Below are positions 17,086-26,469 of a stretch of 35,022 nucleotides of DNA, one piece after another. A model generated the notes under the pieces. It did no database searches. It was given only the letters and a program-made list of their open reading frames with translations, and was not told the DNA's origin. The stretch's first letter is position 1. The number at the start of each line of letters is the position of its first letter. The position numbers and the translations under genes are program-made. The DNA comes from Planctomycetota bacterium. Its GTDB lineage: Bacteria > Planctomycetota > UBA1135. The stretch lies in NCBI GenBank assembly GCA_045047305.1, contig JASFYO010000053.1:1-35022 (forward strand). The letters are read 5' to 3'.

Positions 17086-19765
17086 GGCCGGACTTTTTTG
17101 GGTTTTGTAAACGCGTCAGCATGCGGCTAAAAATAACCTGCACTAACAAACCAAGGTGACCCAAAATAGTGCGCAAGGTTTTCATTTTGGAATGGCCCAG
17201 GATGCGGGCCTCCAAAACGGCTGGGCATTCCACCAAATTTGCACCCTGTGCATCGAGGGTGGCGCACATTTCAACCACTCCAAGGAAACTTCGGTTCTTT
17301 AACTTGAAGTCTTGCATCGCGGATTTTCGATAGACTCGGAAGCAGCTGGTGTAAGTGGCAAACTTATGCGTCAGCACTCTGCGGTACAAGCTGGAAAGCC
17401 CACGCGACAAAGATAGGCGCCAATGTGGGACCCCAACGGCTTCACCTAATGGATGATACGGAGATGCGGTAACCATGGCGACATTCTCATGCAACAAGGG
17501 AATCATCAGCTCTAGCTGGTGCGGGTCGTAAGATCCATCGCAATCAATCGAGCAAATGATTTCGGTGGTGGCATGCTCGATTCCGGTAAGAATTGCCCCT
17601 GCAATACCTACGTTTCGCCCATGCCGCACTAGGGTGCAATCATCCAGCTTGCCAAAAAGTTCTTCCAGCGCGTGGAAGGTTGCATCGGTACTCCCGTCGT
17701 CGACGAATAAGAACTGGAGGTTGTAACGTTTGCCTAAGGTCAACCGTAAGCTATCCAGAACGCGAGCAAGGTAGGGCAATACGCGTTCCTCATTAAAGCA
17801 TGGAAGGATAACAGTGACAGGGGTGAGGTTAGCGAGGGTTTTTGCAGCTGCCGCAAGGTCCGGCGCGGGCAAACTAATCGGTTTCACTCGGCGCTTGAGA
17901 GGCGTTTGCTCGTTGATGAGTTCAGCCTTCAAGTTTAAGTAGGAGGCAATGCTCTCAAAGCGGTAACGCTCTAAATAGTGGCCAAGGATTCTTGGCATAT
18001 GGCGAAGGTTGCGATACTGGCGGATGCGGCGCAGCCATCCAGCCGATGCAATCTTAGGTAAATCTGGGTCCAGCTCCCAAACATGAAAGTACATGTTGAA
18101 AGGGGATTCATAGGATTCCACCCAATGGGCGACCGCCTTTTGCATCAACTGCGGTGGGAGTTGACGCATGTAGTTGCCACCAGCTACTGGTATCAGCATG
18201 CCGCCGACGCCCCAGGTAGATAGTGGTAACTCCAAGATTTCACGGTTGCCGGAGCGATGGAAGTGAGGAAAGCGTCGCCATGGCTCGCGTGCGGCGGAAC
18301 GAAAGCGTGGGAAAACACTGGAGTCATAAGCGAAACCGAGCTCCGCCAGCGTGTCGAGTGCCCAAACATCGTCAGTGCCGAGATGACCCTTGGCGATACG
18401 GTGTCCTAGGACTTGAACTCCCGTTGCGCTTTCTAAAGCATTGCGTGCACGGAGTACGTCGTCGCGAAAATCATTGCGCGACATTTCGTGAAGATCGTGC
18501 GCTTCATAACCTTTGCTCGAAACTTCATGGCCACGGTCGATGATTTCCCTAACCAGTTCCGGCATTTCGTCGGCGACCCGACCAAGTACGAAGAAGGTAG
18601 CGCTATGGCCGTACTTGTCGAGGAAGTCCAAGGTGCGGCGAGTGTTGATTTCCACGCGCGATTCCAAGAAGCCCCACTGTTTTTCCTTGACCAAGGGCTT
18701 TAGTGCCGTGGCTTGAAAGTAATCCTCGACTGCAATGGTGAGGATGTTTCGCTTCTGCGATTTTTGTCCAGGAGTATGGGGATAGGCCTTTCGCCTTAAC
18801 AAGCGGTCATTCAGGCCGCTAATTTCTGCGCGTAGGGTCGTGCTAGAAGCCTTGCCATTCACTCCGGCGAGTCGCTGCTCGTGAATGTAGCGGCGTTTCA
18901 ATGTATAACGGTCGCGCACCGAGGTGTTTGCTCCAAGGTGTACCGAGGTAGCATTTTCATAGCCGCTTGCTTTGACGGTCTCGATGGTTCGCGAATCGTA
19001 ATCGCCGTTGGGGTAGCAAAACGAAGTCACCTTTTTATCCAAAATGGATTCGAGTTGCTTCTTCGAATCGTGCACCTCTCGTTTTAATGCTGCATCATCG
19101 AGCAGGGGAAGGATCTCGTGGCTAATCGAATGCGATCCGATTTCATGGCCATCCGCAGACAATTGCTTGAGCTGCGTTGGATTCATTAACAGATCTACAT
19201 CGCGAAAAGTAGGGCCGCCATCGAGCCGTGAACAATAATCAGTAACCAGATCTTTGCGCTCTTGCGGAGTCAGCGATTTTGCATCCTCCACAATCTTGAC
19301 ACTGTCTAAGCTTTCACCACCTGCATTTAATTCTTGTACGCATTTGGCCAGGACGTCGTACCAAGGTGGGGTCTTAGTGCCAACTAACCCAGACACGACA
19401 TAAAAGGTTGCGCGCAAACCGAACTCCTTTAGTACCGGAGCGGCATACAGGAGGTTGTCTAAATAGCCATCGTCGAAAGTGAGTGCAACAATCGGTTTGT
19501 CGAAACCACCTTGCTCAAATAGGGCGATGGCTTCGCTCACTGGAAGCACGGTGTAATGGCGTGCTAAAGTTTCACAATGTAAATGAAAGGCTTCGGGTGT
19601 GACCACTAGGTCTGGGCTGAAATAGGCAGCCTTGTCCGCATCCGGCATGATGCGGTGATAGCAAAGGATGTTGAGTTGCGACATCGCCTCGCGCTCCATG
19701 GATGCGAGGTATCCCGTGGCGCGTCCAGTGTGCGCCAGCAGGTTGCGAATTACAGCCTTCGCCAT
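17075..19765 (-). CDS. Three-domain fusion: CE4 polysaccharide deacetylase + DUF3473/PEP-CTERM-locus-type deacetylase-like domain + GT2 (DPM1-like)
   Basis: Domain 1: YHRI, LTFDDGY, HEIGSHSISH, FCYPNG. Domain 2: LTIAVEDYFQ, ATFFVLG, YDSSVFP, PVAGGNYMR, YFHVWELDP. Domain 3: ILPCFNEE, VDDGSTD, IDCDGSYDP, YTSCFRVYR. One uninterrupted 896-aa ORF. Confidence 0.88.
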   Translation of the reverse strand: MAKAVIRNLLAHTGRATGYLASMEREAMSQLNILCYHRIMPDADKAAYFSPDLVVTPEAFHLHCETLARHYTVLPVSEAIALFEQGGFDKPIVALTFDDGYLDNLLYAAPVLKEFGLRATFYVVSGLVGTKTPPWYDVLAKCVQELNAGGESLDSVKIVEDAKSLTPQERKDLVTDYCSRLDGGPTFRDVDLLMNPTQLKQLSADGHEIGSHSISHEILPLLDDAALKREVHDSKKQLESILDKKVTSFCYPNGDYDSRTIETVKASGYENATSVHLGANTSVRDRYTLKRRYIHEQRLAGVNGKASSTTLRAEISGLNDRLLRRKAYPHTPGQKSQKRNILTIAVEDYFQATALKPLVKEKQWGFLESRVEINTRRTLDFLDKYGHSATFFVLGRVADEMPELVREIIDRGHEVSSKGYEAHDLHEMSRNDFRDDVLRARNALESATGVQVLGHRIAKGHLGTDDVWALDTLAELGFAYDSSVFPRFRSAAREPWRRFPHFHRSGNREILELPLSTWGVGGMLIPVAGGNYMRQLPPQLMQKAVAHWVESYESPFNMYFHVWELDPDLPKIASAGWLRRIRQYRNLRHMPRILGHYLERYRFESIASYLNLKAELINEQTPLKRRVKPISLPAPDLAAAAKTLANLTPVTVILPCFNEERVLPYLARVLDSLRLTLGKRYNLQFLFVDDGSTDATFHALEELFGKLDDCTLVRHGRNVGIAGAILTGIEHATTEIICSIDCDGSYDPHQLELMIPLLHENVAMVTASPYHPLGEAVGVPHWRLSLSRGLSSLYRRVLTHKFATYTSCFRVYRKSAMQDFKLKNRSFLGVVEMCATLDAQGANLVECPAVLEARILGHSKMKTLRTILGHLGLLVQVIFSRMLTRLQNPKKSGRDA

Positions 19766-19771
19766 AAGCCG

Positions 19772-19777
19772 AACCTA
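19772..19777 (-). promoter_or_regulatory. -10 box (TAGGTT) 6 nt before ATG 19765; probable leaderless promoter
   Basis: Minus strand reads TAGGTT-cggctt-ATG; the same spacing recurs at four other genes. Confidence 0.5.
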
Positions 19778-19857
19778 GCCGAGAGCTCCTTGACCTTCGA
19801 GGTCTCTCAGGGTGTTTTTTGAAATCGGCCTAGCGATGACAAGGTAGTCGAGATGGT

Positions 19858-20958
19858 TCATGAGGAGAACCGCTTCTTCCAGCGCATGATGGGTTCTTCG
19901 AATAGGCGGAAACTAATCTCGGCCACGGCTACGGTAAGGAGTGTCGTAAGCAGGAATCCCAGCACTGGGCTGGCAAACGGAAGATGCTCGAGCAGCTTAA
20001 ACGCTACGGTCACCGCGAAGATGTGGAAAAGGTACATGCCATAGCTAATGGCGCCGATGCGTCGGAGTATTCCGTGGCTGAGAAGGCGTTGCAGGGCATG
20101 GTTCTCGCGCAAGACGAGTGATGCTAAAAGATAAACCATGGAAAGGTGAATCAGCAGGCGATTCCATCCCGAGATGTCATCAGTGGGGAGATTGCAAACT
20201 ACCAGCAGCAGGACTGAGCCGAGTATGGCGTGGTAGCGGCCGCCGCAAAAACGCGCGATAAAGCGAAATCTCTGCGGGTTGTGCAGAGTGTGAGCCAATA
20301 AGACACCGAGGCAGATGGGAGTGAACGTCGTCTGCAGGATGGGGATGGCATCCATGCTGTCTCCGAAAATCGAAGCCAGCCAGGTGTCGAGCACGCCAAA
20401 ATTTACTAGTTGGCTGAACCCGATGACCGCCAATAGGATTGGGGTCACCAGAGGCTTTAGGTAGCGTTCAATCGGAGGCCAAAAAAGGTAGAACTGTTCT
20501 TCGGTGGCCAGGGACCAGGTGATGCCGAAGATGGTGGCGTCGATCCAGTTCGAGGTGTAAGTGGCGTAGTACGGAAGTTCCGCGAAGTAAGTCGATGCCC
20601 TGCCTCCATCCGGCTTCCAAAGGTAGAGAACGGCCAGCGCAGCGAGTACGGCATAGTAGACCGGAAAAATCCGCAAGGTGCGGCGCGCGTAAAAATTGCG
20701 TAGGGAAATACTCCCGTTGCGGTCGTGTTCGCGCAGCAACAGGGTGACGATCAGGAAACCACTAAGCACAAAGAACATATCCACCCCGAGGAAGCCGCGG
20801 TGGAGCATCGGCAGGGAGTAGGCGTTCCCTGGAACGGTGTGGTGCCAGATGACGGCGAGGATGCTGCCGGCGCGGATGCCGTCGAGGGAACCGAAGATAC
20901 GTTGCTGCCGGAAAGCCTCGAAAGTGGGGTTCGGGGCGACGTGAGTTGCGGAACTCAT
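19858..20958 (-). CDS. Acyltransferase family 3 (OafA-like membrane O-acyltransferase)
   Basis: SLDGIRA, WHH, GVDMFFVLSGFLI, FYARRTLRIFP.YY, WSLATEEQFY, ISYGMYLFH. Confidence 0.93.
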   Translation of the reverse strand: MSSATHVAPNPTFEAFRQQRIFGSLDGIRAGSILAVIWHHTVPGNAYSLPMLHRGFLGVDMFFVLSGFLIVTLLLREHDRNGSISLRNFYARRTLRIFPVYYAVLAALAVLYLWKPDGGRASTYFAELPYYATYTSNWIDATIFGITWSLATEEQFYLFWPPIERYLKPLVTPILLAVIGFSQLVNFGVLDTWLASIFGDSMDAIPILQTTFTPICLGVLLAHTLHNPQRFRFIARFCGGRYHAILGSVLLLVVCNLPTDDISGWNRLLIHLSMVYLLASLVLRENHALQRLLSHGILRRIGAISYGMYLFHIFAVTVAFKLLEHLPFASPVLGFLLTTLLTVAVAEISFRLFEEPIMRWKKRFSS

Positions 20959-20964
20959 ACGAAA

Positions 20965-20970
20965 ATTTTA
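20965..20970 (-). promoter_or_regulatory. -10 box (TAAAAT) 6 nt before ATG 20958; probable leaderless promoter
   Basis: Minus strand reads TAAAAT-tttcgt-ATG, with no Shine-Dalgarno sequence. Confidence 0.55.
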
Positions 20971-21024
20971 AGTTCCACGGATGTGTTTATGGGGCAAGGC
21001 ATTTACGAGTTGCTTTGCATCGTT

Positions 21025-21846
21025 TTAGCGATGGCGGGCTAGGCTGTCCGCGTGACGGGAATCGAGTAAGGCTTTCTCTATTTCCTCACGATTCTGGACT
21101 GCTTCGATCGCACGACCTTTTACCGAAGAGCGGTGCCCTGTATCCATGAGCGGCATGGGCTCAACCTCGAGAAACTGGTGGACTCTAGCCAGCGCTGCCT
21201 GGGTCGAATCCCAATTCCCAAAGTCATGCTCATGGACCAGACCCAGGCACTTGTGGTGCGCTAGCTTGCGCAAGATCTCGTCTTCCTCCTGTGCCTCCGT
21301 TTCGAGCGCATCGAGAGTCTCGAGCAGCGAGTTTGGGTCGATGTGAAGGGCGTCCGCTGAATCGTCGCCAACTCTTGCAACCGCGCGGCCGTTTCGGTCC
21401 AAGCGGAGCACTGAGAGCGCTTTTGCTAAGCGATCTTCCCTTCGTAGATGCACGATGGAGAGGTCCTCGCATTCTTCGAACCAAGCAAGAACCTTCGGAT
21501 CGCGAAGGTGCATGAAAAACTCCTTCACTCCCAGGCTTTGAACCTGACTTCTGCGCCGAAAGTGGGTCGGCCGGCGATTACGTTTGCGTGAAACGTAGGA
21601 TAAGCTTTGCGCCGCATAGTAAACACCGCGGGAGGTGTAGACGGTTTCAAGTAGTCCAGCCTGTGAGGCCCCTAGTTTGGAAAAGGGGGACCACATGCGT
21701 GCAGGAAGGGTCCAGTCACCAAGCACTTCGCCGAAATTGCAAAGACCAGGGTGTTGGTTGAGCGCCGCAACGAGATGGTTAGAGCCGCTCCGGCCAGAGG
21801 TCAGGACCACGTGCCGATTCATCTTGGATTTCCGGAGATCCGCCAT
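21025..21846 (-). CDS. Sulfotransferase, Stf0-like
   Basis: VLTSGRSGSNHL...LNQHP...GE (PSB loop) and IVHLRREDRLAKALS. ATG directly follows the rmlC stop; alternative start at 21822. Confidence 0.75.
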   Translation of the reverse strand: MADLRKSKMNRHVVLTSGRSGSNHLVAALNQHPGLCNFGEVLGDWTLPARMWSPFSKLGASQAGLLETVYTSRGVYYAAQSLSYVSRKRNRRPTHFRRRSQVQSLGVKEFFMHLRDPKVLAWFEECEDLSIVHLRREDRLAKALSVLRLDRNGRAVARVGDDSADALHIDPNSLLETLDALETEAQEEDEILRKLAHHKCLGLVHEHDFGNWDSTQAALARVHQFLEVEPMPLMDTGHRSSVKGRAIEAVQNREEIEKALLDSRHADSLARHR

Positions 21847-22398
21847 CTAACGCTTCTCGACTTCTTGCAAGCTTTGGCCCGCGAGGTCCTTGGAGGAAAG
21901 GATGGGAGATTGGCCTTGCTCGAGCGGCCAGGCAATTGCGAGCTGGGGGTCATCCCACAGAATGCAGCATTCCGTTTCCGGCGCGTAAAAGTTAGTGGCC
22001 TTATAAAGCATCTCTGCGTGGTCACTCAGAGTGAGAAAACCATGCGCATATCCAGCAGGAATCCACAGCTGCTTGTGGTTCGAAGCACTGAGTTCGACTC
22101 CGACCCATTGCTTATAGGTAGGCGATTTAGGGTTGATGTCGACGGCAACATCAAAGACAGAGCCGCTCACAATACGCACAAGCTTGCCCTGCGCGACCGG
22201 TGGCATTTGCAGATGCAGACCCCGAAGAACTCCTTTGGTGGAGGAAGAGTGGTTGTCCTGCACAAATTCTGGCTCGACTCCAGTTGCTTCCTGGAAGGTG
22301 CGTTGGTTCCAGCTTTCCATGAAGAAACCACGTTCATCACCGAAAACATTGGGCTCCAAAATGAGCACGCCATCGAGTGCTGTTTTCTCGACCTTCAC
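21847..22398 (-). CDS. rmlC: dTDP-4-dehydrorhamnose 3,5-epimerase
   Basis: [53 protein letters not shown]. Confidence 0.97.
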   Translation of the reverse strand: MKVEKTALDGVLILEPNVFGDERGFFMESWNQRTFQEATGVEPEFVQDNHSSSTKGVLRGLHLQMPPVAQGKLVRIVSGSVFDVAVDINPKSPTYKQWVGVELSASNHKQLWIPAGYAHGFLTLSDHAEMLYKATNFYAPETECCILWDDPQLAIAWPLEQGQSPILSSKDLAGQSLQEVEKR

Positions 22399-23279
22399 TT
22401 GCCTTCCTCCAGCAGCTGCAAGAGATAACTGCCATAGCCGCTGTTCTTGAGCTCATGCGCAAGGGCGGTGAGTTGGGCATCGTCGATGAATCCCTTGCGC
22501 CAGGCGATCTCTTCAGGGCATGCAATCTTCATGCCTTGGCGTTTCTCTACCGTTTGCACAAAGGAGCCAGCTTCAATCAGCGAATCATAGGTGCCAGTAT
22601 CCAGCCAAGCGAAGCCGCGTCCAAGCGTGCAAACCTGGAGGGAATCGTCCTCTAGGTAAAGCTTGTTGAGGTCGGTGATTTCTAATTCTCCACGCGGGCT
22701 TGGCTCCAATCGTTTGGTGAACTCGACCGCGCGTTCATCGTAAAAGTACAAGCCGGTCACCGCAAAGTTTGACCGTGGATTCTCTGGCTTCTCCTCAAGG
22801 CTAAGGACTTTACCGTTAGCATCGAACTCAGCGATTCCGTAACGATGTGGATCCTGAACGTGGTAAGCAAAAACGCGAGCTCCAACTTCTTGCTCGGATG
22901 CCGCCTTGAGTTCGGCGGAGAATCCTTGACCGAAGAAAATGTTGTCGCCGAGAACCAAAGCGCTAGGTGCTCCATCGAGGAATTCCTCTCCAATCAAAAA
23001 CGCTTGCGCTAAGCCATTTGGCTCCGGCTGCACCGCGTATTGGATGTCTAATCCCCAACGCTTACCATCGCCAAGCAGGTCTTCAAAACGCGGCGTATCT
23101 TGCGGGGTGGAGATAATGAGGACCTCCTTGATGCCGGCCAGCATCAACACGCTCAATGGGTAATAGACCATGGGCTTGTCGTACACCGGAAGCAGTTGCT
23201 TGGATACGGCACGAGTGATGGGGTGCAGACGTGTGCCTGAGCCACCAGCGAGAATGATTCCTTTGCGATTTAGCGCCAT
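22395..23279 (-). CDS. rmlA: Glucose-1-phosphate thymidylyltransferase
   Basis: [51 protein letters not shown]. Start trimmed to ATG 23279. Confidence 0.97.
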   Translation of the reverse strand: MALNRKGIILAGGSGTRLHPITRAVSKQLLPVYDKPMVYYPLSVLMLAGIKEVLIISTPQDTPRFEDLLGDGKRWGLDIQYAVQPEPNGLAQAFLIGEEFLDGAPSALVLGDNIFFGQGFSAELKAASEQEVGARVFAYHVQDPHRYGIAEFDANGKVLSLEEKPENPRSNFAVTGLYFYDERAVEFTKRLEPSPRGELEITDLNKLYLEDDSLQVCTLGRGFAWLDTGTYDSLIEAGSFVQTVEKRQGMKIACPEEIAWRKGFIDDAQLTALAHELKNSGYGSYLLQLLEEGK

Positions 23280-24343
23280 GCGTAATTTTTCTCCATCCAT
23301 TCACGGTACGCGCCACTGCGTACCGACTCCAGCCATGCTTCGTTATCCAGGTACCAACGAATCGTTCGCCGTAATCCCGTTTCGAAACTCTCAAGTGGAG
23401 CCCAACCAAGTTCTTTTTTGGTCGCGCTGCAATCAATCGCGTAGCGGAAATCATGTCCCGGCCGATCGGTGACGAATTCGACTAGGGTTTTGCGATCCTT
23501 GATTTCTGGGTGGGGCACCTCTTGGTCCAAGATGTCGCAGATGGTGTGCACCACATCGAGATTGGTGTGCTCTTCTTCGCCACCAATGAGGTAGGTTTCT
23601 GCCACGCGACCTCGTTGCGCGACGGTCCAAATGGCGCGCGCATGATCTTCGACATAAAGCCAGTCGCGCACGTTATCTCCCTTGCCGTAAACCGGAAGTT
23701 TGATTCCTTCTTTTGCGTTTAGGATCATGAGCGGAATCAACTTCTCCGGGAACTGGCATGGGCCGTAGTTGTTGGAGCAGTTGGTGATCAGAATGGGGAG
23801 TCCAAAGGAACGCCCCCATGCACGCACCAAGTGATCCGATGCCGCTTTCGATGCGGAATAAGGAGAGCTTGGGTCGTACGGAGTGGTGGGCGTGAATGCA
23901 CCATCGTCTTCCAAGCTTCCGAACACCTCATCGGTGGAGACATGGAGGAAGCGAAACGCTTCCTTTGCTGCTGCGTCCAAGGTGTCGAAGTAATCGCGTG
24001 CCGCTTGCAGCATCACGCCAGTGCCAACCACATTGGTTTCGATAAAAGCCTGTGGTCCGGTCAGGGAGCGGTCGACATGCGACTCGGCGGCCAGGTGCAA
24101 AACATGCGTCGGGCGAAAGTCGCGGAAGGCTTCTTGCACTGCATCCAAATCACGCACGTCGCCACGCTGAAAACGATAGCGGGCGTCTTCTGCGCAGCTC
24201 TTCAGCGACAGAAGATTGGCGGCATAGGTGAGCGAATCGAAGTTGAGGACATGTGCATCGGAATCTTGAAGCAGATGCCGAACTACGGAGGATCCAATGA
24301 ATCCTGCCCCCCCGGTTACGAGGACTCGCTGTGGTGCTGTCAT
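23270..24343 (-). CDS. rmlB: dTDP-glucose 4,6-dehydratase
   Basis: [58 protein letters not shown] 24343 is preferred over 24349 because of -10 spacing. Confidence 0.97.
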   Translation of the reverse strand: MTAPQRVLVTGGAGFIGSSVVRHLLQDSDAHVLNFDSLTYAANLLSLKSCAEDARYRFQRGDVRDLDAVQEAFRDFRPTHVLHLAAESHVDRSLTGPQAFIETNVVGTGVMLQAARDYFDTLDAAAKEAFRFLHVSTDEVFGSLEDDGAFTPTTPYDPSSPYSASKAASDHLVRAWGRSFGLPILITNCSNNYGPCQFPEKLIPLMILNAKEGIKLPVYGKGDNVRDWLYVEDHARAIWTVAQRGRVAETYLIGGEEEHTNLDVVHTICDILDQEVPHPEIKDRKTLVEFVTDRPGHDFRYAIDCSATKKELGWAPLESFETGLRRTIRWYLDNEAWLESVRSGAYREWMEKNYAWR

Positions 24344-24349
24344 GGACAT

Positions 24350-24355
24350 ATTTTA
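24350..24355 (-). promoter_or_regulatory. -10 box (TAAAAT) 6 nt before ATG 24343; probable leaderless promoter for rmlBAC
   Basis: Minus strand reads TAAAAT-atgtcc-ATG. Confidence 0.5.
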
Positions 24356-24383
24356 GGCAATCGAAGGGTGAACCGGAACTCTA

Positions 24384-25505
24384 TCATGCGGTGGAAAAGC
24401 GGGACTTTAATTTGAGGAAGTAGGCCTCAAAGGTTTTGTAGCTGATGGTGGCCGCGATCACTACAAAAATCGTGGTTCCAAGGAACTCAAGAACGGCTGG
24501 ATGGATGCCCAAGGTCGCTTCTTCGAGTGAAAAACCGATCTTTCCGGCCAGCAGCCCCACGGCGTTTTTCGCCAGCATGTGCAACATGTACATGCCATAA
24601 CTAATCACGCCCATCCAGCGAATAGGGGACCAGTTAAAGGGGCGTTGCAGGAAGTGGTCCTCGCGACAAACGCAAGAGCCGACGAGAAGCATACCAAGCG
24701 CGTGCACTATCCAATCATCGATAGTGGGAAGGGCGCAATATCCGATGAGGGCTGCCAGGAAAAGCGGTGCCGAAAAACGGTGTCCTAGCACTTTCATCAG
24801 CGCGGGGAAGGTGCGTTTGTGGTGCAGCAGATGCGCCAGAATTGCGCCGAGGCAGATGCCGGGCATGATGCTTTGCAGAACCGTCAATAAGAAACTGTCG
24901 GGCAAACCGAGGTAGCCATAGGAGGCGAGGTAAGTGATGACGAGCAAGCCGCTCATGATGTAAGCGGGAGTCCAATAGCTGCAACGCTTTTGGATGTAGG
25001 GCCAGAATAAATAGAACTGTTCTTCGGTTGCAAGTGACCATGCGAAGTAAAAAATAACGCGTTCACCATGCAGGTCCACAAACCAGTTGGAAGTGTAGGT
25101 TAAATAAGGAACTAAGTTCCCCATGAAGGTGTCGCCGGCTTCGGTTCCGCGCTCCATGGCAAACACCAAGACAACATAGATTCCAAGTACTGCGTAGTAC
25201 AGGGGGAAAATGCGCAGAGAGCGTCGGATGTAAAACTTTTTCAGCGAAATCGTGCCATTGCGACCTTTCTCGCGAATCAAAAGAGTCGTGATAAGAAACC
25301 CGGAAATGGCGAAGAAGAGCGTGACACCATGATGCCCACGCCCCGCTAGTGGCAAATCAAAGGCATTGCTCGCAGTGTGGTGCCAGATGACGGCGAGAAT
25401 GGAAAGGCATCGCAAACCATCAAGCGAGCCAAAGATTCGCGTATTTCGGAAACTTTTGTGCGCCGTGTTTGCGTAGACCAAATCGCCAGTGGCCGTGAGC
25501 ACCAT
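24384..25505 (-). CDS. Acyltransferase family 3 (OafA-like), paralog of 19858-20958
   Basis: SLDGLR, WHH, GVTLFFAISGFLI, FYIRRSLRIFPLYY, WSLATEEQFY, ISYGMYMLH. ATG 25505 lies 2 nt after the rmlD stop. Confidence 0.92.
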   Translation of the reverse strand: MVLTATGDLVYANTAHKSFRNTRIFGSLDGLRCLSILAVIWHHTASNAFDLPLAGRGHHGVTLFFAISGFLITTLLIREKGRNGTISLKKFYIRRSLRIFPLYYAVLGIYVVLVFAMERGTEAGDTFMGNLVPYLTYTSNWFVDLHGERVIFYFAWSLATEEQFYLFWPYIQKRCSYWTPAYIMSGLLVITYLASYGYLGLPDSFLLTVLQSIMPGICLGAILAHLLHHKRTFPALMKVLGHRFSAPLFLAALIGYCALPTIDDWIVHALGMLLVGSCVCREDHFLQRPFNWSPIRWMGVISYGMYMLHMLAKNAVGLLAGKIGFSLEEATLGIHPAVLEFLGTTIFVVIAATISYKTFEAYFLKLKSRFSTA

Positions 25506-25507
25506 AA

Positions 25508-26404
25508 CTAGGAAGCTTTCGCGTCCTCTTGCAAGAGTAGAGGTAGCGCAGCATGGAGCGCGTCCTTCCACTGGGTTGGTGCAATACCGAGGTCAGCCCA
25601 AGCATCGGAGAAATGCATCGGGCTCCAGGATGGTCGCGCGGCTGGAGTTGGATATTCCGAGCCGGGGCACGGCGTTACCGAAGAGTCAACTAATGCAAGG
25701 CCGTTGCTCAGGCCGCATGCGCGAATCTCGATTGCGAAATCGCACCACGAAACGATGCCCTCGTCGGTGAAGTGTAGGATCGATGGCGCGTCGGAAGCCT
25801 GAGTTAAGGCAAACAGGGCCTGCGCCAAACCGCCCGCCCAAGTGGGGGAGCCAAGTTGATCTTCCACCACCTTGAGTGCGCGTCCGTCACCCATTAGTTT
25901 GAGCATGGTGCGCACGAAGTTGGCGCCACGTCGGCCGTAGAGCCAACTGGTGCGCACGACATGACCACGGTCGCCCAAGTGCGATGCCATGGCCTGTTCA
26001 CCGGCAAGTTTGGTGCGTCCGTAAGCGTTTAGGGGTGCAACGGAATCGTGTTCGCACCAAGGCACCTTGCCTTCGCCGGAAAAGACATAGTCGGTGGAGA
26101 CATAAGCCATGCGCCCGCCGAGTTCTGCCATGCAGGAAGCCAAAACCTCAGTGGCCGTTGCGTTGATGGCAAAAGCTTCCGCCTCATGCTCCTCGGCTTT
26201 ATCTACCGCGGTCCATGCAGCAGTATGCAGCAACATGTCGGGTTGGATTTCGCGCACGGTTTTGGCGAGGACGTCGACGTCGGCCAAATCGAATTCCGGA
26301 AAATCAACCGCGATGAGTTCACAATCGGCAGGTACGACCAGGCTACATTCGGTGCCTAGTTGGCCATTGCGACCGGTGAGAAGGATGCGACGGGAAGGAT
26401 TCAT
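25508..26404 (-). CDS. rmlD: dTDP-4-dehydrorhamnose reductase
   Basis: ILLTGRNGQLG, AAWTAVDKAE, STDYVF, YGRTK, RTSWLY, DQLGSPT, TPAARP. Start trimmed to ATG 26404. Confidence 0.95.
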   Translation of the reverse strand: MNPSRRILLTGRNGQLGTECSLVVPADCELIAVDFPEFDLADVDVLAKTVREIQPDMLLHTAAWTAVDKAEEHEAEAFAINATATEVLASCMAELGGRMAYVSTDYVFSGEGKVPWCEHDSVAPLNAYGRTKLAGEQAMASHLGDRGHVVRTSWLYGRRGANFVRTMLKLMGDGRALKVVEDQLGSPTWAGGLAQALFALTQASDAPSILHFTDEGIVSWCDFAIEIRACGLSNGLALVDSSVTPCPGSEYPTPAARPSWSPMHFSDAWADLGIAPTQWKDALHAALPLLLQEDAKAS

Positions 26405-26469
26405 TTTGGCGTGGGGGAGAGCCACAGTTCTAGGCAAATCTTATCCCCGCTTTGGCTTCGAGCTCGGTA

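Noticed and set aside
19792..19820. GACCT-tcg-AGGTC hairpin with a nearby T run
   Set aside because: The stem is only 5 bp, the T run is separated from it, and it is on the wrong strand for the flanking minus-strand genes.
19858..21846. Suspected foreign insert (AT3 plus Stf0-like gene)
   Set aside because: A spot count of one 60-nt line gave 55% GC, similar to the surroundings, and no flanking repeats or mobility genes were seen.
21751..22428. 225-aa plus-strand ORF
   Set aside because: Antisense shadow of rmlC with no recognisable motifs.
23831..24415. 194-aa plus-strand ORF
   Set aside because: Antisense shadow of rmlB.
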